Notes under the pieces: generated by a model
What the model was told of the DNA's origin: nothing
The model's database searches: none
Seen by the model: only the letters and a program-made list of their open reading frames with translations
In this document: in pieces, positions 1 to 10,000 of the stretch
How the letters are laid out: each line of letters starts with the position of its first letter
Numbering within the stretch: position 1 is the first letter of the stretch
Position numbers and translations under genes: made by a program
DNA from: Trypanosoma brucei
Taxonomy: Eukaryota
Reading direction: 5' to 3'
DNA length: 64,000 nt
Assembly (NCBI GenBank): GCA_000002445.1
Contig: CP000071.1
Location: 1,216,001 to 1,280,000 of the forward strand

Positions 1-1648
1 GGTCCTCATGCACCTGGAACTGAAGCTCGTCTACACACAGAGATTCATTGAAGGAAATGTACTGACAATCATCCACACACTTCACCATGCAGAATGGTGA
101 TAGGTGATCCCACTCCTCTTGTCGTACCAATTCATCAAGAAACTTCCGTGTCCAGTTCCATGGAGACGAGAACAACCGCTTCTGTAGTTCTTGCTTGCTC
201 CTACCAGGAGGCCCTTGGTAGTTGGTAATAAGGATGTTCTTGTCGAAGTTCTCTAGAGCTGTCAAGTTTGTCCACGTCGAAACATTTGTACCACCAGGCA
301 CGTCATTGTAACCTGGGGGGAGGAAAACAGCAAAAAAGTCATCTGTGCCGAAAGCGATCTCAACATCCCTCATAATCCACGAATACAGAGCATGCATAAG
401 TTTTACATCATCAATTGGGAACGAAGAAGCGCGAAAGGCGGCAACAGCTGTGGGTCTCGGAGGTGAAGGGGGATCCGGATTGGGAGTAATCGGCGGCGGC
501 GGCGGCGGCGGTGGTGGTGGTGGCGGTGGCGGTGGCGGCTGCACTGATGGTGATGGTGACGGCGATGCTGATGGGCTGGGAGAAGGTGATGGCGGCACCG
601 AAGGCGTGGGAGGGGGCGTTGGTGGAGGCGTTGGCGTCGGTGTATAGCCTACATCACGAATGGCATACACGGCCGTTTCTGTTGTAGCATAATACTCTTT
701 GTCATTCACCCTCAACAATGAGACAATCCGATCATAGTCCCATTTCAACATTGACTGCGCACACCATTGGGATGCTGGAGATGGGCGTTCCACCTCTAGT
801 GACATGATGTACCCCTCTCCATTGGGCTCACCGTAATAATATAGTTTATCCTCTGCTTGAGTCAGCATCAGAGCACTTTTGTAGTGCAGACACGTCACAT
901 CACCTATATCCTTACTTTTTCCAATATCAGACTCCCCAGTTTTGCTCAAATTAACCGCTGCAATCCATGAGGTGTTTTTTACGACATACATCATGTTCTT
1001 TTCTTTGCTTATTTGCATCACACCAGGTTGGAAGCCAGCGACTAGTGTAGTTACCACTGTGTTATTAGCATCCAGTGGCACATAAAGGATCTGCGAATTG
1101 CCTGTGTCGGAAATGAATAGATTCTGAGTCCCGTTCAATGTGAATGGGAGAATATCCTTCGGTTTGTTAAGGTCTTGTGGTCCATATCTGGTTACATTGC
1201 CCTCAGCATCTATTCGCCTAATACAGTTGTTATCCCTGTCTGCCACGTAAATATCATCGTTGACGCTTACAACTGAGGTGGGATTGTTGAATAGTGCATC
1301 TCCCTTGGGGCCGTCTTTATTACCACGTTGCGTCAGACTGCCTGCAATTGTATATATGCCAGTTTTGTTTACGAGTCGCACGGTGGATCCACCACCTCCA
1401 ACATCACATAAAAGTAAAGGAAAGCTTTTGTTCTTAAAGAACCCACCCACCGCCTTGAATAAGCGACCAGTACCGTTTATGCCATCCGCCTGCCCACTAC
1501 TACAGTTGATACAACTGTTGAAGAGGTTCACAATCACCTTGGTGCCCACGGTTTGGTCTCCTATAACGGGACTCACAAAACCCAGCAGCAGCAACAACGC
1601 TGCCACGAGTGCGGCCAATGCTTCCCGTGATTCAGTCCTGCCACCCAT
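1..1648 (-). CDS. Partial CDS (C-terminus runs off the window start): secreted or surface NHL-repeat-like glycoprotein with an internal polyproline/(SP)n linker; flagellum-adhesion glycoprotein (FLA1/2/3, GP72) family-like
   Basis: Minus-strand ATG at 1646-1648, preceded by an in-frame stop at 1679-1681. N-terminus MGGRTESREALAALVAALLLLLGFVSPV looks like a signal peptide. My hand translation stays open to position 1. Many N-x-S/T sequons (NCS, NGT, NKT, NVT, NGT, NNT, NTS, NLS...). Mid-protein ...PTPTPPPTPPPTPSVPPSPSPSPSASPSPSPSVQPPPPPPPPPPPPPPP... is encoded by the (GGC/GGT)n tract at about 481-545. The ORF-track +345..647 poly-Gly ORF is its antisense shadow. Family assignment is from memory of FLA proteins (NHL repeats, Pro-rich insert in FLA2/3). 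Confidence 0.6.
   Translation of the reverse strand, partial: MGGRTESREALAALVAALLLLLGFVSPVIGDQTVGTKVIVNLFNSCINCSSGQADGINGTGRLFKAVGGFFKNKSFPLLLCDVGGGGSTVRLVNKTGIYTIAGSLTQRGNKDGPKGDALFNNPTSVVSVNDDIYVADRDNNCIRRIDAEGNVTRYGPQDLNKPKDILPFTLNGTQNLFISDTGNSQILYVPLDANNTVVTTLVAGFQPGVMQISKEKNMMYVVKNTSWIAAVNLSKTGESDIGKSKDIGDVTCLHYKSALMLTQAEDKLYYYGEPNGEGYIMSLEVERPSPASQWCAQSMLKWDYDRIVSLLRVNDKEYYATTETAVYAIRDVGYTPTPTPPPTPPPTPSVPPSPSPSPSASPSPSPSVQPPPPPPPPPPPPPPPPITPNPDPPSPPRPTAVAAFRASSFPIDDVKLMHALYSWIMRDVEIAFGTDDFFAVFLPPGYNDVPGGTNVSTWTNLTALENFDKNILITNYQGPPGRSKQELQKRLFSSPWNWTRKFLDELVRQEEWDHLSPFCMVKCVDDCQYISFNESLCVDELQFQVHED
491..545. repeat. (GGC)n(GGT)n trinucleotide tract inside the FLA-like CDS, encoding poly-Pro on the minus strand
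   Basis: cggcggcggcggcggcggcggtggtggtggtggcggtggcggtggcgg read directly. Confidence 0.9.
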
Positions 1649-1692
1649 TCCTGTTGCTCCACACTGTGATTCTATCAGTCAGTCGCTATATG

Positions 1693-1714
1693 TATATATA
1701 TATATATATATATA
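1693..1714. repeat. (TA)11 microsatellite in the 5' flank of the FLA-like gene
   Basis: tatatatatatatatatatata read directly. Confidence 0.9.
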
Positions 1715-2016
1715 CCCCACGGATCTACCGTTGGGAAACAAACCTCAACCACAAAAGCGACCCATTAGCTCTGCTCAGTGAACTCACAACTCCCTTTAGT
1801 TGTCTTGTGATGATATTATTATTCACACATCAGAACAAAGAAAACAAAGGAAGCCAAAGGAAGACAAAAGAGGAGAAAGGAATCCGACACGTGAGAGAGA
1901 ACAACAGTGGACGCAGACAGACGAAAGAAAAACACAGATGCATTGAAGCCACGCATTTAGGGTTGGGGAAACATATTCAGAGTTTGAAAGCCACGCTTCA
2001 CTCCTTCGTATTTTGA

Positions 2017-2745
2017 CTAAGGCAACGCAGACCCGCCACCCGCCGGTCCCTTACCAATGTGGAGGAAATTGCAGTACTTCCCACGCCTGCAGCCCTCCCG
2101 AGTGAGGAAGAAAGTACATACCCTGCCATATGTTGCATTTCCCACGTGGCGCTCATTTCGACGGATCTGTGAGAGGCGGTAATCCTCAGAAGAGGATGCT
2201 GCACTGGTTGGGAGCAGTGGGGAACCTGCAGGGGATGGCAGTGGTGTAGCCATGTTCTGTTGATGAGCAGAGTTTCGACCACCCGCCACAACCCCTATTC
2301 CCTGTGACGGAGGGGCATGTGGTAGTGATGAGGATGCGGTACCCCCCGCACATCCGTAAGGCGGTGTGGTGCCAGTAGCGCTGTTGTGTGGCAGGGGGCA
2401 CTCCCTCATACGTCCTTCGGCATTAGCGTCCCGCGGACGACCTGAGGCTACTTGGAGTTCTATAGAGAAGGGGTCGGGGCAGTTAACGCCACAGTGTCCG
2501 TTTATGGCTGAATAGAATTCCATAAGTGCCTGATGCGCTACGTGTGTCGGTGGGCGCAGCGAGAGGACGTTAGGTGTAGCAACGGACAACACTTTCTCCG
2601 ATGATAGCGGTTGGTACGGCGAGTTCTGAATCTTGCGCACGAGGCACACTGCCGATGGGGCTGCATGCTCCACAATGTAGTTCACCATCGCTCTCGTTGT
2701 GAGTTGCTGGGTAGTTGACGTTGCTTCCGCAGACGAGATGGTCAT
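2017..2745 (-). CDS. CCCH-type zinc-finger protein (242 aa), probable RNA-binding or post-transcriptional regulator
   Basis: ORF track 2017..2745(-). The C-terminal region contains C-x8-C-x5-C-x3-H (CTFFLTREGCRRGKYCNFLH). The rest is Ser/Pro/Ala-rich and low in complexity, as is typical of trypanosomatid ZC3H proteins. Confidence 0.55.
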   Translation of the reverse strand: MTISSAEATSTTQQLTTRAMVNYIVEHAAPSAVCLVRKIQNSPYQPLSSEKVLSVATPNVLSLRPPTHVAHQALMEFYSAINGHCGVNCPDPFSIELQVASGRPRDANAEGRMRECPLPHNSATGTTPPYGCAGGTASSSLPHAPPSQGIGVVAGGRNSAHQQNMATPLPSPAGSPLLPTSAASSSEDYRLSQIRRNERHVGNATYGRVCTFFLTREGCRRGKYCNFLHIGKGPAGGGSALP

Positions 2746-2979
2746 TCAACTGCACGCGTATATACCCCCCACCCGTGCGGTTTTACAATGTTTCCGGGAG
2801 AAGAAATGAGGCTACCTTACCTTGGGATATTCACCCACACAAACGGAAATTATCAACGATCCTACCTGCTTCGGGGTGGTTCTTCACATGCATCTGAACA
2901 AACCAACAACCAGTAGCAGCACAGCAACAATGTACAACAAGTATACAATCACACCATCCCTCTTACATAGATTCTCCTT

Positions 2980-3702
2980 TTAGTCTTCCTCATCCTCTTT
3001 CCCTTCGTAACACACCTCACTTTCCTCCACTTCCTCATCGCTACTTTCCAATTCAACACCCTTTATGCAGTGCCTCATCATTGCTGCAGTTGCTTTTCCT
3101 TTGTAAATTTCGACTTCCTCTGGTTTTAGCATAAGGAAATCTCGAGCATACGATATTTTGTTGCTTTGTAGGAATACCATTAAGGAACCCAAAGTACTGT
3201 CGGCCAGTTTTTTGCTTTGAAAGACACGTTTCTTGTGCAGTTTGTTACCCTCAGCAGTAAATGTTATGGCGTCTATCTCATGGTCGTTAGCAGGGAAAAA
3301 ATCTCCGGCAGGGCACACGTGCTCACCAACGAACTTCACTAGCCTATAGTTATGATTGGGATGCACCGTAACGTTTCCAGTGTTGGGACATGGTAGCAAT
3401 AGGATAGGGGTCTCCTCATCCGTTATGTCCTGCAGCAACACACCCGCTTGTCCAAGTAGTTGCCGAAGGTTCAGGGACGGTGCGGCAGAGGGCACCTGAG
3501 TTACCCTCCCATTAATGCGGATAACAAAGTGCGCCTCCTCATCGGTTCCACACTCCTTAGATCGGCCGCGCTTGCGAGTTCCCTTAACCACTTCTTGACC
3601 CGCCAATCGTGTCATGACCTCTACCAATACCTTTAGTGATTGATCAACGGGGGAGAAAATCTTAGATAAGCACATATGGATGGCGCGAAGCCGGTGTTGC
3701 AA
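2980..3702 (-). CDS. Conserved hypothetical protein (240 aa) with an acidic Ser/Glu/Asp C-terminal tail
   Basis: ORF track 2980..3702(-). Composition is non-repetitive and protein-like, on the same strand as its neighbours. I recognise no motif. Confidence 0.5.
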   Translation of the reverse strand: MQHRLRAIHMCLSKIFSPVDQSLKVLVEVMTRLAGQEVVKGTRKRGRSKECGTDEEAHFVIRINGRVTQVPSAAPSLNLRQLLGQAGVLLQDITDEETPILLLPCPNTGNVTVHPNHNYRLVKFVGEHVCPAGDFFPANDHEIDAITFTAEGNKLHKKRVFQSKKLADSTLGSLMVFLQSNKISYARDFLMLKPEEVEIYKGKATAAMMRHCIKGVELESSDEEVEESEVCYEGKEDEED

Positions 3703-3867
3703 GAGCTAGGCCATTGATAGGGATACACTTTCCCATCTTTATTGGGTTGACAAGACTCTATGCGGGTGATTTGCTTTGTTTGCTGGTATCTTACGTTAAC
3801 ATGCTGTAGATTGGCCTGCTAGCAGGCACAAAATGTGAGTCTTCCCTTTTGCATTTACCCTACTGCG

Positions 3868-5115
3868 CTAAACGTGCCGGTCGTCTAAAAGCGTCGACCG
3901 TCGTGTTGAATGTGTTGCCAAAAATATTTCTCCACCGTCGGATGCCCTCCAAGCGTAAGTTCGGCGTGATGCCTCTTCGTAATTGCTGTCTAGTTCCACA
4001 GTTTGCCGGTGGCTATGTACATGCCAATGTGCTGACTGTTCAAGTGCTCCGCTTGTCCTCGAAAAGTCCTCCGTCTCTGTCCTGTGCGGGTGGTGTGAAT
4101 TGCGCGCGTTTGTTGAATACCGATATCTCTGCGAGGAACGGAACCCATCTGTTGCGTCCCTCGCGTCTAGCCACACTGTACTTCTTCCCTCTGGCTCCTC
4201 GACATCTTTCTGACCGTAATCTAAGGGATTGTATTGGCCCTCGTTGTTGCTGTTATCATATTCCTCATCATGTTCGTCTGCAAAACCACCATAGTTCAAT
4301 ACTTCCATTGACATGCCTGAGCTTATTCGTTGGTGGGCGTTGTTACTGCTGGTGCTTGAGGTTGGTGGTCTGTACCTCACTTGCTGAGGCGACCAAGATG
4401 GCCGTACTCCCTCTTCCGCGACAACTGTGGGCTTCTCGAGCATGTAATCCTCCACTCCCTCGTGTGGCCAGCTAGTGCTTGCTCTACTCAGCATAACAGG
4501 CGTGATACGCAAGTCCGTGTATCCACTTGTACGGGGTAGTGTGTCGGACGCCGTTGCTGGGAGCAGTATTGAGGCAGAAGAAAGAGAGGCTTCAGCTTCT
4601 CGGTGTGCGCGAGTGTGCGGTGATGGGCGGGGGCGGGCACCCGCTGCCTCATGTGCATGTCTTGGTATTGCTCGGTGCTGGCGCTGCGCATGCCTCGGGT
4701 GATAATATTGTGAGTGCTGATGTTGTGATTGTGTGGGACGGCTACTGTGTGCATGCTCCAGTGAGGCGGGTGTTGGTCTCTTCGGATGCGAGTATATCAT
4801 GCGTGGTTGCAGTATGGGAGCATCGTAATGGTAACGCAGTAGGGCGTTTTTGCTAGCCCTGTGGTACGCCATAAGTAAATTCGGGTAATCCAGCGGTGAG
4901 CAGGCACGTGCTGTGAAGGGAGTGGTGATGAGGTGAGAAATTGCGGAAGTGGGGACAGAACCGTGGTTTGGATGTTGCTGTTGGGTATGTTGTGGCCCCG
5001 CTTCGTTGTTTTCAGTGCGGACACCTGTCGCCCCACCCCATGCCTGCTCTACGAAGGATCGAAAGAGTTCTTCTGTAATCATTACTACCTTTGGTACCAT
5101 ACGCACGGGGCACAT
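3868..5115 (-). CDS. Hypothetical protein (415 aa), His/Gln/Arg/Ser-rich and low in complexity; the true start may be an internal Met
   Basis: Long minus-strand ORF in the same direction as the polycistron. No recognisable domain. The overlapping plus-strand ORFs (3849..4475, 4527..4856) look like GC-rich shadow ORFs. Confidence 0.45.
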   Translation of the reverse strand: MCPVRMVPKVVMITEELFRSFVEQAWGGATGVRTENNEAGPQHTQQQHPNHGSVPTSAISHLITTPFTARACSPLDYPNLLMAYHRASKNALLRYHYDAPILQPRMIYSHPKRPTPASLEHAHSSRPTQSQHQHSQYYHPRHAQRQHRAIPRHAHEAAGARPRPSPHTRAHREAEASLSSASILLPATASDTLPRTSGYTDLRITPVMLSRASTSWPHEGVEDYMLEKPTVVAEEGVRPSWSPQQVRYRPPTSSTSSNNAHQRISSGMSMEVLNYGGFADEHDEEYDNSNNEGQYNPLDYGQKDVEEPEGRSTVWLDARDATDGFRSSQRYRYSTNARNSHHPHRTETEDFSRTSGALEQSAHWHVHSHRQTVELDSNYEEASRRTYAWRASDGGEIFLATHSTRRSTLLDDRHV

Positions 5116-5645
5116 TCATATTTCATTATTGTTTTTTTGTTTTTCAACGCATTTGAAGATAAAGGAAGTGAAGCGCAAAATTAAGAGGATACTAGCAGCG
5201 AGCAAACCCCTATCCATCTGCCCTTCCAGTGAGGTGGGATGGTAAGCACCAACTCAACTAACGTAGAACTATTTAAAGCGACTGGGTGTTTCGGTAGCAA
5301 TCCCCCCTCGGCACGAACACCGTTACTTCCTCTCGCCACTCAACCTTCTTGTATACCACACCTTCATTACTTTTGGGTTAGTCAACTTATTATATTAGTA
5401 CGTTTTCTCTAACAACCCTCTCCTACGGTCCACAGGAGTGCACCAACATGAGTCATCCACATTTCCACGCAATCACAAAGGACTTTTCCTCACCGCAAAC
5501 TGCACAAACAAATTCGGTGTGAAGTTTTTTTTTTTTTGAGTGAAATGATAAGATGAGACAAAATCTTCAAAATAAGAGACGGTGAGGGAGGGAAACGAAA
5601 CAATCGCATCATTTGTTTGTTGTTGTTGTTGTTTTTTGCACTCCG

Positions 5646-6569
5646 CTACACGGCACCTGTGGTCACCCGGAACCGCGGGTGGCCCTTACACAAAGCCAAC
5701 CCCATCAATGTCCCAACTGCTGTTGGTTGCCAGTCATAATACGCAATACATACCGCACCTACCCAACATGCGTAGCGCAACCAACCGGTGAAACTGTTCA
5801 GTATTTGAACAGGTGTAAATCCTTGGTGAAGGTACTGCATCACAAACAGGGCAGCAACAATATCCCATGGCCCAAACTGCTTCTCCGACGTGTTGTTCGC
5901 CAACTTGTTTCCCACCCACATAATAAATCCAGAGGTAACAGCGGTAATCACACAATAAATTACGAGGCCGCGGGAACCAATTGTGGGGAGCACACTATGG
6001 CACATTGTATGAAGGAGGAGCATCGAAAATGCCGCAGAGAGAAAATTGTTCATCATAAACGAGTGCAGTAACCACGCCCAAGGTGCGAACGTGGCATCGA
6101 TACCCCAGTTATCCATCCACCACTTCTCTTCCACATTACTTCCCGTGCTGCATAGGCAGAAAGCTGTGAAGAGAATGAAGTTAAATGCGTTGGCACTATT
6201 GTATATATCCGGGAATTTCCTGATGTCTTCCTTCAAACCCTGTATATGAGAGTGTATGCCGCTAGTCGTATTGGCCCGATCCCCCCGAGGGGCTCCGTCC
6301 TCTCCTTCTGCTCCTCCCTGTGACGTCTCGTCAGCAGACCCCGCTGCCCTTTTGTGGGCCCCAACGCGCATCCATCGATGCTGTTCACTGAGCGCAGCGC
6401 CAAAAGAACAACCGCGGCCAAGAAAACGAGCGTGAACACGTGATGAAGAACCGACGTATCGCACCGATACCCAACTTTGTGATCTCATGATAACTCTTCG
6501 TTGGCCCGCAACTGCCGGAACGCACAAGAGACACCGCAACCGCAGCATTGCTTTACAGTTCGTGTACAC
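5646..6569 (-). CDS. Multi-pass transmembrane protein (up to 307 aa; start likely an internal Met, e.g. MIMRSQ or MRVGAHK)
   Basis: ORF 5646..6569(-). The C-terminal two-thirds contains several hydrophobic 20-aa segments (FNFILFTAFCLCSTG, WAWLLHSFMMNNFLSAAFSMLLL, LVIYCVITAVTSGFIMWV, IVAALFVMQYL, WVGAVCIAYY). The N-terminal 90 aa are Arg/Gly-rich and may be 5' UTR. Confidence 0.5.
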   Translation of the reverse strand: MYTNCKAMLRLRCLLCVPAVAGQRRVIMRSQSWVSVRYVGSSSRVHARFLGRGCSFGAALSEQHRWMRVGAHKRAAGSADETSQGGAEGEDGAPRGDRANTTSGIHSHIQGLKEDIRKFPDIYNSANAFNFILFTAFCLCSTGSNVEEKWWMDNWGIDATFAPWAWLLHSFMMNNFLSAAFSMLLLHTMCHSVLPTIGSRGLVIYCVITAVTSGFIMWVGNKLANNTSEKQFGPWDIVAALFVMQYLHQGFTPVQILNSFTGWLRYACWVGAVCIAYYDWQPTAVGTLMGLALCKGHPRFRVTTGAV

Positions 6570-7053
6570 AGGAAGAACCGCAAATTAGCTGACTGAGAGG
6601 GTTCGATTGCGTTACCTTTTCCCCTCTTTGTGTTCCACCGCGAGAGCCTTTTCACTGAGTATCCGTATACCTAACGGTGCAGAGGGGGAAAAATGTTGTA
6701 GATTCTTCGTTGTGTGAAAGGAGAAACTTTCTTGCCTTCCTCACACCAGCTTTCTTTTTTCTTTTTGTGCGGCGCCCTTAGCCGTTTAACGTGTGTTCAC
6801 AGGTACTTATCAACAGTAATGGACCTAAAGGAATAAACACGGGAAACGTTTCACCGCTCCTGAAGGAAAGAGACCGCCCCCCCCAAAAAAGGAAGAAATA
6901 CTGCCACCGGCAAAAAGATGAGTGCAAATCTTGTAAAGATACATGATTAGATTGGAAACATGGAAGCACAAAGTGTTTAATAAAATCAGCGCGGACCCTT
7001 TGGTTCCCCAGGAACACTATTTCGCATAGGAGTGTCAATAATTATTTTGATAT

Positions 7054-10000
7054 TTAAAAACAAAGCTTCAGTGCTTTCGCCGCTTCGTCTCGTACATCTG
7101 CTGATTTGTCTTCCACCAACAATCTCAATAAATCCAACACAACGCCATTCTTTTCTTTTTCAGTGAAGAAAGTCTTTGGCAATGCATTAGAGCCAGTGCT
7201 TCCACCACTCGCGGCGACGCCAGGAGAAATTTCGAGTATACCGTACAACTCCTTCGCCACGACCAACCGCACATTTAGCACAGGGTCGTGACCAAGTTGA
7301 TCAAACAGCGGAAGCAGAATGGATCTCTTATCGACTCCAATGCGTACAGCAATGCGCAGGAGGGAGCTCCTGCTGAGGTACGTGGCCATAGCTTTCGGAG
7401 AGTTCACAATAAGGGGCCACAAGGTGTCGCTGATAAAAACATCATCCTCGTTGTCGTAACAAAAGCGACTGCAAAGTGACTGCTTCTTCCGCAATAGACC
7501 TCCGGTGCCGCTGCCGTGGAGCGGACCACCTCTTCCCACTTCCCGCATCGCACCTGTCAGAATATCTCTGCCCCTGCTACACCTTAACTCATCACTTGAT
7601 GGAGACAGTTCTTGTTTTAGTAGGCGGCGCGCAGCTGATAGTCGTTCACACATATGAACCAACGATTCCAGAGCACTGTCCCGTACAGCCTTCACCTTGT
7701 CAAAGAGTACATCAACAAGCAGCGGAAGCAACTCCTCTTTCGCAAAACAGTGTAAAGGGTCTACCCCATCCTCGGCGAAAACTGCTCCACAGGGCTTTCT
7801 TGCACTTTCGACGTTGCGACTTTCGCGCAAACCAATCTCTAGCAGGTGTACGCTCCGTGGCGTGCGACTGACATCAAGTTCAGCAGCTGCAAGTGAGTTG
7901 GGTGCAAGGAACCTTAAGCACATCTCTGCCAAAAGTGTTGCATACTCTGCTCGATACCGCCATATTTCGTGCTTAGAAAGCCTGTTTAAGCAGGCAGTCA
8001 GTGCACCCTCGCGGAGTTCCAGTGCCTTGCCATTTCCATAACTGCCCATAATGGCCGCCAGTTTCCCAGCACCAGCGGTCCTCGTGGAGAGCAGTGCTAC
8101 CAGCTCCGATACAAGTGACAACTGCACTATTGGACTACAGTCCCCAAGCAACTCCATGAGTAGGCTAGTGGTCCTATTAAGGCAGTCTAACCAATCGGCT
8201 TTGGGAACACCACGTGGATTAAACTCACAAACGGTCACCATGGTGCTGAGCGTCCGCGACAGAACAGATAAAGCAGCAGCGGCCCCTGACCGCACACGTT
8301 CCTCCTTGTCCTGCAAAAGGCCAGCACAACACGCAAACACCACGTCAAACAGTTGCGGGAGATTCTTTGTTACCGTACTTGTAGCAAGTAGTACTTCGTT
8401 TGGGCCAGTGTTACAACTCGAAATACTTTCTTTGGCGCTGCTGCTTTTGTAGTGAACTCCAGGGCTGATGGGATCGTTGTAATAATTACCTGCCGCTGTC
8501 CCCATATCAGGACGGTTTTTATCCGCATTTTTCACACGTAGATCCTTCACCAAACCACCGGGGAACGTAAGCCGGACCATACCTTGTCCAATTGCCGTGA
8601 AAACACGTGCCGCGCATACGCCAATGACACAACGTACTTCCTCTTCCTCATCCTGAGCCATTTCTTGCAGTTCACCGTCTCCCTCCTTCGGGCCTGCCCA
8701 CAGCTCCGTGTGCAAACGGCAGAGATACACCACGCATTCCTCCACCAGTGAGGGGCCATCAATAGGATGGTGACAGCCAATGCGACAAAGCAACATGATG
8801 ATGGAGCCCGTCAACTCAGGAAGTCGCTGCGTTACCAGCCAACGTGTTTTCCAGGAAGGCGCTGAGGCCAAGTGCACGACGCAGTCACGGTAGAGGGAGC
8901 AGAGCTGCCGCAATAGCGATATCTTTTCCCTCAGCGTGAGTCGTGCGCTAGATGTCCCGTCACGCAAGAAGTCTTCTATAGCGTGCGGTCGTTGCAGCTC
9001 ATCCAGCAGTTGTTGCAAGCCATCAAGGACCGCCTCAGAAACAGTGAAGTCGCGGCAAGCGGCACTCTCAAGCATCAGCGCCGCATTGCCAATGAATGGT
9101 TGGGGCGCACTGACCTCCTTCTTTACCGATCTGCTAAAATTCCCCCTACTCTTGTTGCCACCACGGATTCCACCTTCTGGGGAGACGCCGTCATAATTAC
9201 CTCCATCCTGGTGCGGAACGAGGGGAGTGATCGCATGTCTAAAGATATTACACACGGTAAGGAAGCATAAACCAGCTTCATATGCAGTTGCCATTTTGGG
9301 ATTCGATGCGTTGGACCAGTCAAGAAGCAGGGGAAGAGAGCGAAGGATACTCACAAACAGCACGTTCGGCATTCTTTTAGCGTCCGCGGCAGTCAAACAC
9401 GCATCCCAAACGTCTCGCTGAGAGGCGGTGCATCCCGCAAGACCGAGTTGGATGGTGTGACGCCCACTGCCATCATCCACCACGGCATTTGCTGCCTTGC
9501 CAGACTTTGTATCTCCGGAGTCGCTAACATTCTTCGCACTCTCCACTTTCGCTATTGGCGAACCACCACCCCCCGACACAAAAACTTGCGCTTCAACCAA
9601 AAGTTGCATTAGCTCTTTGCAGGGTTCCTGTGTGCAACTGAGAATAGACCGCCCCACATGCGTCCTCGTCGCGACAAAGGTAAACTCCACCAGCTCCTCT
9701 ACAGAATTCATCAGGGTAGATGTGGAAACACCTCTGTTGTTTTCGTCTACGCGCATTGCCCATGTGATAGATGCGAACACATTGCTTACGCACTGCACTG
9801 CGGCGGCCACAGCCGCAACGTAACGCGACCGCAGCATTGTTTCCATAAGTCCAAGAAACATTGTCCATCGGTGATGAAACGCATCACAACGCTCACGGTT
9901 TCCCGAGTAATTAGAAGGGTCGAGGGCGGAGCTACGGGCTATCAAACTTGCTGTAACACCAGGCTCTTCAGCTCGCTCTGATGCATATTTGCAAACGTTG

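Noticed and set aside
345-647. Plus-strand 100-aa ORF encoding poly-Gly (GGGGGGGGGGGGGGGG)
   Set aside because: It is the antisense shadow of the (GGC/GGT)n tract, which encodes the polyproline linker of the minus-strand FLA-like gene. Its composition is extreme and it is in the wrong orientation for the transcription unit.
6593-6616. tRNA-like T-loop string (GGGTTCGATTGC)
   Set aside because: The flanking bases cannot form a 5-bp T-stem, and no acceptor or anticodon arms are evident. It is not a tRNA.
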